From assembly GCA_965649825.1 (NCBI GenBank), contig OZ287700.1, positions 496,001-560,000 of the forward strand: DNA of 64,000 nt, written 5' to 3'. Shown here in pieces: positions 1 through 11,676 of the stretch (position 1 is its first letter; the number at the start of each line of letters is the position of its first letter). The notes under the pieces were generated by a model, which searched no databases, was not told the DNA's origin, and was given only the letters and a program-made list of their open reading frames with translations. Both the position numbers and the translations under genes were made by a program. The DNA comes from Penicillus capitatus (taxonomy: Eukaryota; Plantae; Chlorophyta).

Positions 1-1260
1 AAGATGTCACATCTTCAAGCCAGAGAAGAGCTCCTTGTTGCAGAGATCTGTCCGGAAGATGATCCAGTTCCTCTGCCGAGTGTTCAGTGCCCGTGATGTC
101 AAAGAACGGCGATCGTTGACTCAGGATGGATGCCTCCACACGTGATACCGGATTCCAGGAGTGCGGACGAGATCGACTGCATCAGCTGGGCTCTTCTTGA
201 GCAGATGACTTCTGTTCTTAAAAAGATCGAGGATGCCTTAGGTCAGACTTCTCAGAAGATGCACTCCAGATTCCTTCGGCGCACTTTCAACACGAGGCAG
301 CAAACCAGATTCTTCTCATGTGCAGAGCCTTCAAATTGACAAGGGGCTCCCTTTCTTGATGGCTCCATCGCTTTTGTAAGCGATCGATCCAGGTTCTCTA
401 TCGAATTTTGAGACTCCAGGTGGGTGAAAACACTCCACTTGCCTATATGCATGCAACGACGTTTCCAAGCATCAAAATGGATCCAAAAACATCAGCGAAA
501 AACTACTCCAGCCTCGTTCGGGAAGATCAATCTTGTTTCTGTGGACGATCGCATGTAAAGATGAGGTTGGTATCCAGTTGTCCTGTGCTCATTGATGCAT
601 GATCCTCTACTTCGTCAGCTGCTTCTCCTCGACATGTTTTTTCTTCATCTCTGGCATGAACACTAGCCGGATCCTTGTCGGAGCATTCATTTCCTGTATT
701 GTCTAGATCACAACACGCTAGAAGAACATGACAGGCCTTACGGTAGAGGATTCAATAAATGACTGTCCATGTCGGTTGTCTGGCAGCAAAGTATGCTTCA
801 AAAGAGAGTCCACACTCGAAAGACCATCTCTCTTCATCAACATTGAATCATGGGTCTCTCCACTTCTCTGGTCAGCATGTGTAGTGTAGTCCGTGCATTC
901 CCTAGCCACAGTCAATGCTCTCGGCCGATGTGATACGACCGCTGCCCATTGGTTGACAACAAGAACGGGTCCAGACTCCGACGACCATCATAAAACGGTC
1001 CATCGCCTTTGATTGGATGAAGTCGATGCAAAACTGGTTGCTTCTGATGACCGCTATAGAAGGACAGAAGAGTCAGGGATCTGAACAATAAACAAGAGTG
1101 ACTCACTTTCTTCGTGTCACCGAAGGATCCATCCAAACAGCAGTTCTTCAGCACAGTTTCAAGGCGACATGCCACAGGCTTTGTCGCACAAAGGGAAACA
1201 ATTTGAAGGGTAGATCCAGGAAAGGAAGTGATTTCTTGCAGCAGCACATGCGAAGCGGCA
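1..1260 (-). CDS. Multi-exon gene of unknown function, 3' part runs off the window start; 5' limit uncertain
   Basis: Short minus-strand frames join in phase across GT-AG introns (gtaagg..tag, gtagag..cag, gtagtt..atag, gtgcgc..taag) to give ...ESST/TIQEMNAPTRIRLVFMPEMKKKHVEEKQLTK/NKIDLPERGWS/KWSVFTHLESQNSIENLDRSLTK...CLVLK/ASSIFLRTEVICSRRAQLMQ. No family recognised. Confidence 0.5.
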
Positions 1261-1299
1261 TGTGGCCAGCCTTTAGCAGATGACAGCGAATCGGTCCAT

Positions 1300-1950
1300 G
1301 CAGAGTGACATGCAGCCAGCCTCCAGCAGCAAATAACAGAAAATAGGACGAGGATGGCCTCCGGGCAGTAAAACAGCAAAAACAAAGGACCATGACAGCC
1401 CTCCATTCACAGTAAATAACATAAAATCGGTTCGGGCAAAGTGACAAGTAGCCAACCTCCAGCAGCAAATAATAAAAAGGACGACAGCCTCCAGCAACAG
1501 CATACAGCCTGACAGCCTCCAAGCAGCAAGTCAGAGAGTAGAACAACGAGGGCCTCCGGGTACAAAACCAAATGACCATGACAGCCTCCAGCCACAGCAA
1601 AGTAACAGGTAAGACCATACAGCCTCCATCAGTAAGTGATAGCAAATCGGACCGTGAGAGCCTCCATGCATCATAAAAAGGCAGACAGAAAGTAGGGCGA
1701 CAGACACCAGCCAAGGTACACAACAAAGCAGACAATAGGACGACCAGCGCCTTCGGGCAGCAAAAGAGCAAACCAAACGATCATGACAGCCTCCGGCAAA
1801 TCAGAACATGGCAGCCACCATCACAGTAAAACAGCAAGTAGGACATTAGTGCTTTCATGAGTAAATAGGCAGCAAGTCGGACAGTGAGAGCCTCCATGTG
1901 CCAGAAAATAGCAAAATAGCAAGACCATGAGTGTCTCCATCCACAGGAAA
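1300..1950. repeat. Degenerate tandem array, about 16 units of 25-45 bp with core (a)gcctcc, strongly A/C-skewed on + strand
   Basis: Core gcctcc or close variant recurs near 1319, 1357, 1400, 1456, 1487, 1515, 1552, 1584, 1622, 1660, 1789, 1890. Higher-order blocks gaccatgacagcctcc and a(a/g)tcggac(c/a)gtgagagcctccatg (1644-1668, 1873-1898) also repeat. Confidence 0.85.
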
Positions 1951-2146
1951 ACAGCAAAGAAACCCGCTAGTCCTCATACCCAAAACAATGATAAACGAGC
2001 CAACCACAACAAAGCGAAGGTGGAATGGCAGAAAAAGAACAAAAAAGAAAACAGCCACTCGGACTCTTTTTGTTTTTTTTTTTATTTTTTATGCCCCCGA
2101 AGAGAAAACAGCTTCCAAAGGAGACTAGAAAAGTAGGGCTCCTAAA

Positions 2147-3541
2147 CTAGTCTTGGATAAAGACCTACACAAAAAGCATCAGTAGAAGAGACAAAAGAAA
2201 GAGGATTTACTTACACATTGTCCGGAGAGGAAGAACAAACGCTCCGGAATGGCAGACTGACTTAGGGGAACGCATTCTCCAGACAGAAAGTACGGACGGG
2301 GAGGAATTCCAAGTCTGCCCACAGAAAAAATAAAGGGGCGCTGAGGAAAAACAGGTGGGCTGGTGAGGGAGAAGATGGAGGTGCGCTGGGGAATGGCGGG
2401 AGGACGGGAGGGTAGAGAATACAACAGAGGACGGGGTGGGATAAGAGGAGGAGGTGTCGCGGGGATGCAAAAGACTTGGGGGCGTGAAGGAAAGAGATGA
2501 GAAGGAGGCTGGATGTTCTGCAAAGAAGGCGGGAAAAAGGTGGGCTGAGAAGGTGGAGAAGGGGTCCACTGCATGGTCGGAGAGGTCGAGGACGGCGGTG
2601 GAGGCAAAGGTGTCTGAGTGGGCGCTGGCTGGGATCGAGGAGACTGAGAGAAGAAAACTGGCTGAGACAGTGGAGGCTCGGAGAAGGCTGGCTGTGAGGA
2701 TGGTGGAGCAAAGGAAGGAGGCCTGAGAGACTCGGATGGCTGCGAATACGCTGGCTGCGACCGAGGCTGTGAGGACGACCGCGGAGGCTGGGTGGGCTGC
2801 TGCGATGTAGAGGGTGGTGGAGGACAAGGCTGCAGCGAGATCGAAGGCGGATTGCACGGAGATGGCTGATGGTGTGCCTGCAAAACAAACCTGTCAGAAG
2901 AGATTGTGTTGAAAGAGAGACTTGCTTACCTCTCCGCCCCCGTTGCCTGTGGCAGACTGGCCCTCTTGGGCCAGTCGTTCTCTCCTCTCTTGAGAGGAGA
3001 GAACTCTCGCGCGCCGTGCCTGTCGTGCCTGCCGAGGCTGTTCGGTTTGGCCCCTATTGGGGCCAAATCGAACAGGAGGGGCCTGCTGCTGTAGCAGCTC
3101 GGTGCCCCTCTGAGCAGTTGTCTGGGCCTTTAAGACCCAGAACAACCGCTCACGCTCGGCCTCCTCCATGTTTCGGAAAGCCCTGGGTGGCCGATTGCCC
3201 AGGACTTCCTGCAGCGTCACCTGCGCGAACCTAGAACAACACACAGCGCTCAGTACCTTAGAAGCATCAAGTATGTCGCCAGAGAAGAAAGCTGCGATAG
3301 GGCAGAACACAAAAACAGGAAAAAAGAGATGCGTCCCGGAAATCAGAGCGACAGTTGCGTGCCCGGAATCATGCATGCGCGAACGAAAAATACGCAGCCG
3401 GACGCATACACGAGCATGGAAATCGTGCAAGCGGCTGACGACAGGCTCCGTTGCGCGTGGCGCGTCGACGCATGGCTTGAGGACTTACGGCTTTCCTGGA
3501 TAGCCGTAGTCGTCCTCAGTCATCATGTGTGAATCCGCCAT
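2147..3541 (-). CDS. Orphan 344-aa protein, 4 exons, with a Pro/Ser/Gln-rich (SQP-repeat) C-terminal half
   Basis: Exons 3541-3489, 3230-2930, 2877-2215, 2164-2147 joined by GTAAGT/GTAAGC..AG introns (258, 52, 50 nt) give one open frame of 1035 nt: MADSHMMTEDDYGYPGKPFAQVTLQEVLGNRPPRAF...AHHQPSPCNPP...VFIQD*. Confidence 0.75.
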
Positions 3542-3619
3542 CTTCGTCGACAGTAGCTCGCAGCGAACAGGAACTCAGAAACTCAGAAACTCGAGTGCGG
3601 AAGGGTCTACGACAGGACC

Positions 3620-3625
3620 TTTATA
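3620..3625 (-). promoter_or_regulatory. TATA box (TATAAA) in GC-rich context, upstream of the orphan gene
   Basis: Minus strand reads ggcggccTATAAAggtcc, about 80 nt upstream of ATG 3541, followed by a 9-bp x3 ctgagttt-like repeat (3569-3595). Confidence 0.55.
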
Positions 3626-4551
3626 GGCCGCCTCGGTTGCTGTCCCGCGGCCGGCGAGCGGAGGATCGGAACAGTGACCGTTTGGCGGCGCCTGCATGCG
3701 CCGCCGGACAGAGGAGCGGCCGCCGCAGGACCGGAAACTCAGCATGCTGTCGTCGGGGCGCGCTACGCGAACAGGAGAGCGTTTGTGGAAACTCGGAAGA
3801 GTGTTTTACAGGCGAAGTGTTTTACAGAATACCCGCTGTGCTGTTCTCTAAGTGTAACCTGAGACGCATCTTCTGCAGCCGTTGCAACGCGACCTCAGAA
3901 CGACGAACCGTTCGGGCCAGCTCGGCGCTGCCCGGGCAGAACGAAGAGGCAGGCGTTCTCTCTGGCAAAAGCGGCAAGGACTCTGCGTCGAGGCGGCCGC
4001 CTCTTTCGGACGCCTTAGTCGCGAGCCCCGTCGGTAGGGCGTTCTGCGACGGTGTAACGCGAACCGGTTGCAGGAGTTGTCCATGGCGCTAACTCCCTCG
4101 AACATGGAAGGCGGCACAGAACGGCGCCTTCTGCGACAACCAGACGGCCCTGAAGCCGCGGTTTCAGTTCGCGTTCGCGCACTGCGCCGGTGTTTCGGAA
4201 CTCGCCGTTCACTGAGGCCAATGACTCGGTCGCTTTTCACGCCGGCGGCGCAACCTCTTTGCTCTGCCAGCCCATCGACAACTGGCATTCGCGTAGGAGT
4301 GTAGAGAGGCGGCGGAGTTTAGGAGACGTCAATGAGATCAGTTGGAACTCGTCTTTCTTAAAAACTGTCTAACCTCGCCGCGCATGAGTTATTCGTTTTG
4401 AACCCACATGTCCATACTTTCCACTGCATAATCAACTGAATCGCTGCGAAGTGCCAAAGCTGAATTCTCCGAGCGTATCTACTGTGCATGCTATTCCATT
4501 CACGGTGCAACCCACGCCATGCTTTTCTCGAGGCTCTTTTGGTGTTATGTA

Positions 4552-5451
4552 ATGGCGGCGATGCCCCTTATTGCGATCGCAGGCGCATCCGCAGACTACG
4601 GTGCTCAAGCACACGCGGCAGGTTAGACGTGCGTGGACATACAGCAGCCTCGGATGTCCAGAACTGCAGGGCACAGTAGCGGGCGGCGTTTGAAACTCCA
4701 TCCCCGAGACTATGCCTTTGGCGGCTCGATGAGGTTCCGCTCGGACAACCAAGCCTTCTCTGCCAGTCTGGCCGTCTCGCCCTACTACCTCGTGATGTTG
4801 GCGTCGAAGAACTCTGGAGAGTTCGGCGAAGGACTAGCGACAGCTGTCGCCTACGCAGCGGACGTGCGTCCCGAGAATTGGTTTGCCTACGCGACCGGCA
4901 GAGATGTCGACGAAGATCTCATCCGTCTGCTGGCGCACGGACCGGTCGCCCACACAGACGCCGCGCTCTACCGAGGTCCGTCGAGCGACCGCAACTCCGC
5001 AATTATCCGAATCCGCCGTCTCTGTTCCGCAGAGGACGGAGAACTGCGCGGAGACGCGTATGCGAGAGCGCGTGGTAACTTGGTGGCTTTCTCGCGTGCC
5101 TACGTCCATCTGATGGAAGAGGCGGCGCTGGAGGGTATCGATCTCAGGGCCAGATCTCAGGCACGAGCGACGGCGGTGTCCGAAAAAAGCAAAGACGACA
5201 TCACGCTGCGCAGACTCTTCGAACGCTTTGTCGAGGACTACGAATCCGAGGCCAGCGTGCTGGCCGTCGTCGACGCCGATGTCTCTGCTGACGGCGCGAC
5301 AGCGAAACAAGAGGCGACGGCGGAGACAGACGACAGCGAAGAAGGAAGAAACTGTGCACGGGTGTGGTTGAAGGGGGAAGCGAGGGAAGGCGACCTGACA
5401 GAAGATGGTCTCCTTGTGCGTGGATGGGATGCAAATGCCTTCGGATGCTAA
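4552..5451 (+). CDS. Hypothetical protein of about 283 aa with acidic C-terminus
   Basis: ATG 4552, phase-1 intron 4622-4669 (gttaga..ctgcag, 48 nt), then long GC-rich exon in frame with ORF 4633-5451. No family recognised. Confidence 0.65.
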
Positions 5452-5481
5452 GGCAATGGTGGTGCACTTTGCAAAAGATAC

Positions 5482-6450
5482 TCAATCCACACGGTGTCTG
5501 TTGAATTCCTCGTATTCTTCCACGGTGGCTTGACTAACGGCTCTTGCCCTTTCGGTCATGCGCTGCCGGGCGTCCTCCTACGAGAACCTGTCGCGTGCGC
5601 GACCCGCGAACTTATCCGGATGCCATTTCTGTGACTCCTGTGACATTGGACAGAAAAACGCTTTTGGCGACGGCCATTCTTGTAATGTGTACCCGCAAAA
5701 CGCAGATTTGCAGAGTGATGCTGGCGTGGCTTGGCCGTCGGCAACCTCCTCTTGCCAAAGCGCTGCAGCAGATTGTGCGATTCCTGATCTCCTGATCCCC
5801 TATTATTTTTCCACTTTTTCTTTGCTCAAGGGAGACGGCATGTTCCGTTTGAAGATGCCGGCCACACTATATCGAGCTCACACATAGATAGTTCTTGATC
5901 TCTCCACTTGCAACGCAGATACCCTCATCATGTACACAGCATTCGCCAACGCATCTCCGCAGATACATCTTCTAGGCATCCATCCGTATTCTTAACCTTA
6001 TCTCTGGATTATCGACAAGGATTGCATCCGTCACCGAGGAGGGAATGCAACATCAACGCACTTCTCGTCCAATGTGTCTTTCTCCGATGGCAGAGATGAT
6101 CGTGATGCACTTTTGCGCTGTTCTTGGAATAGTTGCCAGGATTTCGCTTGTTCGCTTTGGCGACGACATTTCTTTCCTTGTCGATAGCGTCTAAGCTGAT
6201 CGATCTTCTCGAGCCTGGGATTCAGCTCTTCGTTGCTCCTGCCATGCGTGTCATTACCTGTGTCGATCGCTGTTTTCTTGTTGCCTTTCTCTGCCGTTTG
6301 CCCTCCTCGATATCGTTCCAATAAGGATCATTCATCGCTCCTTTTTCTTTCTGGTCACTCTTTTCTCTCACGCACTTTCCCAGTGGCTCTCTCTTTTGAC
6401 GGTTTTGCTTCTTTAGCTGACGTTCTCGTCATCATTACGACCTGGATGAT
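5482..6450 (-). pseudogene. Disrupted NFKBIL1-like (WHPDKF-domain) gene
   Basis: Minus-strand frames contain, in order, SWQLF...DVAFPP, TDAILV...KMYLRR and ESQKWHPDKFAGRARDRFS*EDARQRMTERARAVSQA. This is the motif order of the NFKBIL1 C-terminal domain, but with an in-frame TAG at 5580-5578, another TAG and a frame change. Confidence 0.45.
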
Positions 6451-6494
6451 GCATCCATGTACGAATCGCGTTTGACGAAGAGGCCTAGGTAAAA

Positions 6495-7558
6495 ATGCAC
6501 CTGTCTGCCGGCGTCGCCTCTCGTTCCTCTCTGTCACGTCGACTGCGTTTTCGTAAGGCCTTGTCGGGTCGTGCGCGCTACCGTGTCAAGACCAAGACGT
6601 TGTGTTTTGGCGGAAAGCTCAATGAAGGACGACGACGTTCGCATGAACGTCTGCTGAGATATCCCAATGGCGACATCCGTCTCATCCGTTACCCTGCCAC
6701 CGAGTCCGAAGCCGAACCTGAAGTCATGGATTCCATTAAAGCCGAAAACGGTCCATCAGCACAACACCCTTCCCGTCCAGCTTCGGCAACGACTCCGCCG
6801 AAAACGAGTGTGAGCTGTTTTGCCTCTCCGCCCCTGTCCTTTCGCGATCTGCCGCTTCAGGATCTGCCGAGTTCACCAGACGAACTGATCCGATTGATCC
6901 GTTCCAGTTCTTACATCAAAGCCCAGAAAGAACACCAGCGACGCATTCGAGAGAGTTACCAGGTTTGACAGGACTGAAGAGTGCAACCAGATCTCTCACA
7001 CTCTTCGCTCTGCTAGATTATGGAGAATTCGCCATGGCCGGCAGAACAGAAACTGTACATTCTCACCCTCAGTGACCCCTCGGCCAACTCGCCGCGCATG
7101 TACACCTTGCGCACGCGTCTGCATCAAGAGGCGGCGACGAATCGACTCAAACGGGTGCGCTTGACGATGCATGCATCTTACCCCTGACACGGGCAACGCG
7201 ATTCTTCAGATGTTTCGGGGTCCAAATTTCAAAGGAGATTTCATTCAAGTGGACCGAATGGCGGACGGCGTGATCACGTTCTTAGACGTCGACAACGCCG
7301 AGCGTTTCAAATCTCTCCTGGAGGCAGAACAGACGCACGCACCCGTAATAGACCCGCTCTCTACACACTGCCACTCACGAGATGCTGATGTCTATCCAGA
7401 TTGAGATCTGTGAGATGACATCGGGTACGTTGTTTCGCGGCTGTCTCGATGCCAGAGCGGTAGTCGTTTGGATGAAACTGCATGACTACTGCCCGACCGT
7501 CTCCGAAATCACCACCTCACTCAAAGCTCAACTGTCGCTGGAAGGAGACGATGTTTAG
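6495..7558 (+). CDS. Probable plastid-targeted protein, DUF3110-like C-terminal domain
   Basis: Ser/Arg/Ala-rich transit-like N-terminus; 3 introns join to ...KLYILTL...MYTLRTR...DGVITFLDVDNAERFKSLLEAE...IEICEMT...LEGDDV*. The F.D.D.AERF..LLEA motif resembles DUF3110. Confidence 0.55.
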
Positions 7559-7798
7559 CAGTGCGACGCCTGACTTCGTTTATCTAATGTATATTACCAC
7601 CAAAGAACGTTTCCTATGCATCTGATGTGACATGGCATGATTGACAGCACGCTGAACGACAACAACACATTTAACAACGAATGGACTGACTGTTCGCGTC
7701 CCGCCACGCTCGTCCTCATTTTCTACGCGGGCAGTTTGATTTGATTTGTATTTTTTTGTTTCTTGGGTAGGTGCGTCTGGGACTCAGCCAATTGGTCT

Positions 7799-9373
7799 AT
7801 GGGTGACGATTCGGTGCCGTTGGCACGTTCGACAGTTCTGCGACTGCGTGGCCTTCCTTTCCAAGCAACCGAAGGCGATATTGAGCAGTTTTTCGAGGGC
7901 TACAAACTCACCCAATGCATTATTTGCAAACGCAACGGTATGCCGCGCTGTCATAGGCTCATACGAGTCTCGTTATCTCAGGTCGCGCCACGGGCGAAGC
8001 GTACGTTCAATTGGAGACGGAGGCACTGGCAGGACGTGCCATGTATGAACTGAACTGCAAATACGTGGGTCGCCGCTACATCGAGTCCGTAACCGCATCC
8101 GCCGTCACTTTCGTGACCCTATCAGCGCTGTGCTGCAGAATCTTCGAAGCACTAGAAACGGATATCGCGAGCAACGCAGCATATGAAATGAAGGGCGTTG
8201 CAGGATATGTCTTGCGACTGAGGGGATTGCCTTACTCCGCTAACCGAAGAGACGTCGAGATGTTCTTCGAAGGACTGGACATCTGTAAAGGCGAAGAGAG
8301 CGTTGTCTTCTCCGTCACATCACAAGGAAAACCCACCGGAGAGGCTTACGTTGAATTCATGAATGAGCAATGTCAACAGGAAGCCATGAAGAAGCACAAG
8401 GAACACATGGGCAGTCGCTACATTGAGCTCTTCAAGTCGACAAAGGCAGATCTGCTCCAGGCCCTTCAGCAGAACCGATTCTATCAGGAACAGGCAGAGA
8501 GACGACTGCAGTTGTCTCAGACAGTCATCGGACTGCCATCTGTGCTGGACAATTCGCAGCAGCGGCTGAGAATGCAAGGATATGATGTTCAAGTAGAGGA
8601 GATGTCTAATGTTTTGAAAGGTAAAAGAGTGAGCGTATAAGTGGTTGAATGTGTGAGATGTGTGAGGTATAGGATTGAATATGCGTGAACGGTCTCCATT
8701 GGCGTTGTCTCCTACAGCTCCTCCGTTTATGTCGTCCACTTATGATGGTGGACAAAATTTCAGAGTGGCACCCCCGCCGCCGCCACCTCAGCAGTACGTC
8801 ACACATCCATCCAGTTATGTCAATTCCCATCAGTACTTCATTCCAGACCAGTCCCTCAATCGATCGGGTGGCCTTTCTGGACAGCCTTATGTACAAGGCA
8901 GTCAGATGTATGATATCCATCATCCCCATCTCCACCCCCTCCACCTTCCTCACCAGAATCGACAGAGACTTCCTCAGCAAGGACAGATGCGTTCGCCGGA
9001 TGTGATGGTCCGACATCAGGGTGGAGGAAGCTACATGATGCGCCCTCCTGTCATGCGGCAGCCCCATCAGATCATGCTGCGCTATCCTTCACGTGAGGCA
9101 TGGATGTACGACCGTCCACAGGGTCCACTCTCTGCGGTAGACATGCCAGAGGAGGGCGGTTTCAATATGTCCTATGTTGGTGCCCTGCAGACGAACACGA
9201 TGGTTGCCAGTCCTTCCGGTTCCATCCAGACACCTTGCCCAATGCCGATTGGTTCGCAACACGCGCTTCCTGAGATGCTGGATGGTGGCGAGATGTTTGA
9301 ATTTGGTGATGGCGATGGCGGCAGCGGCAGTGGCGAAATGAGAAGTGCCCCCACTTCGCGAAAGAGTCAGTAA
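7799..9373 (+). CDS. hnRNP F/H (ESRP-like) quasi-RRM RNA-binding protein
   Basis: Two qRRMs: VLRLRGLPFQATEGDIEQFF..TGEAYVQL..RYIEIF and VLRLRGLPYSANRRDVEMFF..KPTGEAYVEF..HMGSRYIELFKS. Pro/Gln/Met-rich tail; 3 short introns. Confidence 0.9.
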
Positions 9374-10197
9374 TTTGTTCAGGAATGTTCATGGCCGTCT
9401 GCAAACCGAGGGATGGAAGATGGATGAAATTGCAGTCCTATACGACTGCCCGTCGATGTTGTTAGTGATTTATGGCAAACGACTGATTTTAGCAAACCGT
9501 TAGTCCGGCAGCCATTCTCATTGCACTGACGCTTTTATCGAATTTCTTGACATTGCATAAGGGATCTGTTCTACACGTGCGTCGTCGCCTTGGCCTTGTG
9601 TTCAGATTTGATCAGCAACAAAATCATCATGATACCATTTCCAACCTGGTCCTATATCCAGATATGTGTGTTTGTGCCCCAACCCTGCCCAATTTGGTGT
9701 GAAGCCTGACATGGTGCGTCGTGCAACTAGCTTCAGAGTCGTATGCACATGGTCAGCGATTGACAGAACTTCAGTTTTTCATTTCGATAGTGCATTGCCT
9801 TTCTTGTTGTTGTTGTTGTTTTTAGACAGCCACGTTTCATCTGAGTTCTCCTTACCTCTCTTTTGTTTGTTGTCGTTGGATGTCTCATTCCATTGCTTTT
9901 CGATCATGTGTCATTGCGCTCCAGGGAAAGCACATTCCTGATAGTGGAAGAACCCATTGGATTGCGGTGTTGAATTCTCTGTGCATGGTGTAGAGATTTT
10001 CAGGAACTTAGTAATCTCTCTTCTACAACATTTCAACATCGAAACATTTGTTGTCTCTCTTCATTCTGCCCACGAGGAAACGACGTGGTTTTCACACTAG
10101 TATGACGCGAGGGGTGGCTCCTCAACAAAATGGAGGGATGGATCATCGATCGTCGGTTGTGGGTCCGTAGTATCTATCGTGAGAGGATGATGGTCAG

Positions 10198-11455
10198 CTA
10201 GTGCCGTGAAAAGCGTCTTCTTCGACCAGCACGGTTGCCACGACCAGGGTGCGATACTCTGCCGAGGCAGAAACTCCCAGCATGACTGTCGTCCGTCGCA
10301 GACAGCGTCTGTTCTAACGGTGGCGCCGACGGCGGCGCATGTGATACAGGTGTGCATACTGCTGTCTCGAATCCGACTTGCAGGGTTGTGAATGGAGAAG
10401 AAGAGGTGTCGAAGACGGATGGTGATGCGGAATGCCGCGAAGTCTCCGCGACAATGGGCGATCCGAATCCGCTGCTGAAGCTCCGATCCGTTGCCGTGTC
10501 GAAAGACCATTCCGAGCATCGCGGCAATTCATCCATCGGCGCATCGATCGTGGTCGATTGGAATGAGGTCGTCGATGCAGCAGCATCGCTGTTGCGTCGC
10601 CGAACCGCTCGACGAATTCTCTTTCCATCCACCGTCTGTCGCGGCAGCGCCTGAGACGTCACTGCTGTCGGTGCACTCGACGACGCCGTCACATCACACA
10701 CAGGTCCCATCACAGTCGGCGTCGCACACGGTTGGATCACACATGGCTCCGGAAAGCAATGAGATCCGAACGCCGGTATTGTGTGCTCTGGCTGCGCCAC
10801 CGTTCTTTCTGCCATTTCGAGGGCCATGGGAAGATCCTGATCCGTTCTCACGATCCCGCCAATCGGCGAGACGTCCATTCTTTCATCCACCAGCGCGGGC
10901 GGTGCGGGCGGCGCGGACGGCACGATCCACCAACACGCGCCTGTCATCGGAAAAGATGGCTGCTGTACTGCAGCGAGCGAGGCTGGCATCGGAGACGGCA
11001 CCTCCATATCAACGTCGTGCTGCGTCACGTCCACGCAAAGTTCCTCCCCGACGGACACCTGCCACCTCGCCGTGGCTTCGGACGGCCAGAGCTGCAAATT
11101 GGATAGCGCCGTCGAGACGGGAGCTGCCTCATTCTCGCGCTGCTCCGGGGCGTCGTTCTCTTTCTCCGTCGTCGCTTCCGGCGGTGGACGGTAAGGTGTT
11201 CGGCAAACGACGTTTCGCACGCGTCGACAACGTTCTTCGTACTTTTCCGCCTCGCGAACCAACTCGAGGCATTTTTCGAAGATGGCTGGTGCACGTTGCT
11301 GCAATCTAAAAAGCACGCAGGACAGCGCCTCGAGATCACATTCAGACCGTCGATGCACCTTTGCCAGAGGCGTGCTCTTCGTCGAGGGGTCGGTCTTTCA
11401 ACCGCACCTGTAACAAGTCGCTCGGTTCACGAATGCAAAACACAACGACGAACAT
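10198..11455 (-). CDS. Hypothetical, largely disordered Ser/Pro/Thr-rich protein; start codon uncertain
   Basis: 386-codon ORF 10198-11358 with a short helical N-terminal part (QQRAPAIFEKCLELVREAEKYEERCRR). Upstream exon(s) ambiguous. Confidence 0.65.
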
Positions 11456-11676
11456 TGGGCGTCGTTCTGCATCGACTCGGCGTCGGTGTTCTACGCGTGG
11501 CAGTCCGTCGAAAAGTCGTCTGGTAGGTACAGTAATGGTTCGGTCGGACCGTCGTTGTCCTCGAGAGCGTCGCGTACGTCACATCACCTCAGATGGATTC
11601 TCTGGGTGGTCAACACGTGCGGCGCTCACGTTGAGTGCCCCTCTCTCTGCTTTTCTTTTTCGCTTCAGTCTTTACC

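Noticed and set aside
1300-1950. CRISPR-like array
   Set aside because: The repeat core is only 6-13 bp, the linkers are homologous to one another, no cas genes are present, and the context is eukaryotic.
2179-2888. Three overlapping long minus-strand ORFs (234, 216, 208 aa) as overlapping genes
   Set aside because: The extreme pyrimidine skew removes stop codons in all frames. Only the SQP frame splices in phase with the flanking exons.
1-6450. Intact transposon or endogenous virus in the orphan-rich first 6.4 kb
   Set aside because: No RT, integrase, DDE, tyrosine recombinase, capsid or TnpB/Fanzor motifs, and no terminal repeats or target-site duplications were seen.
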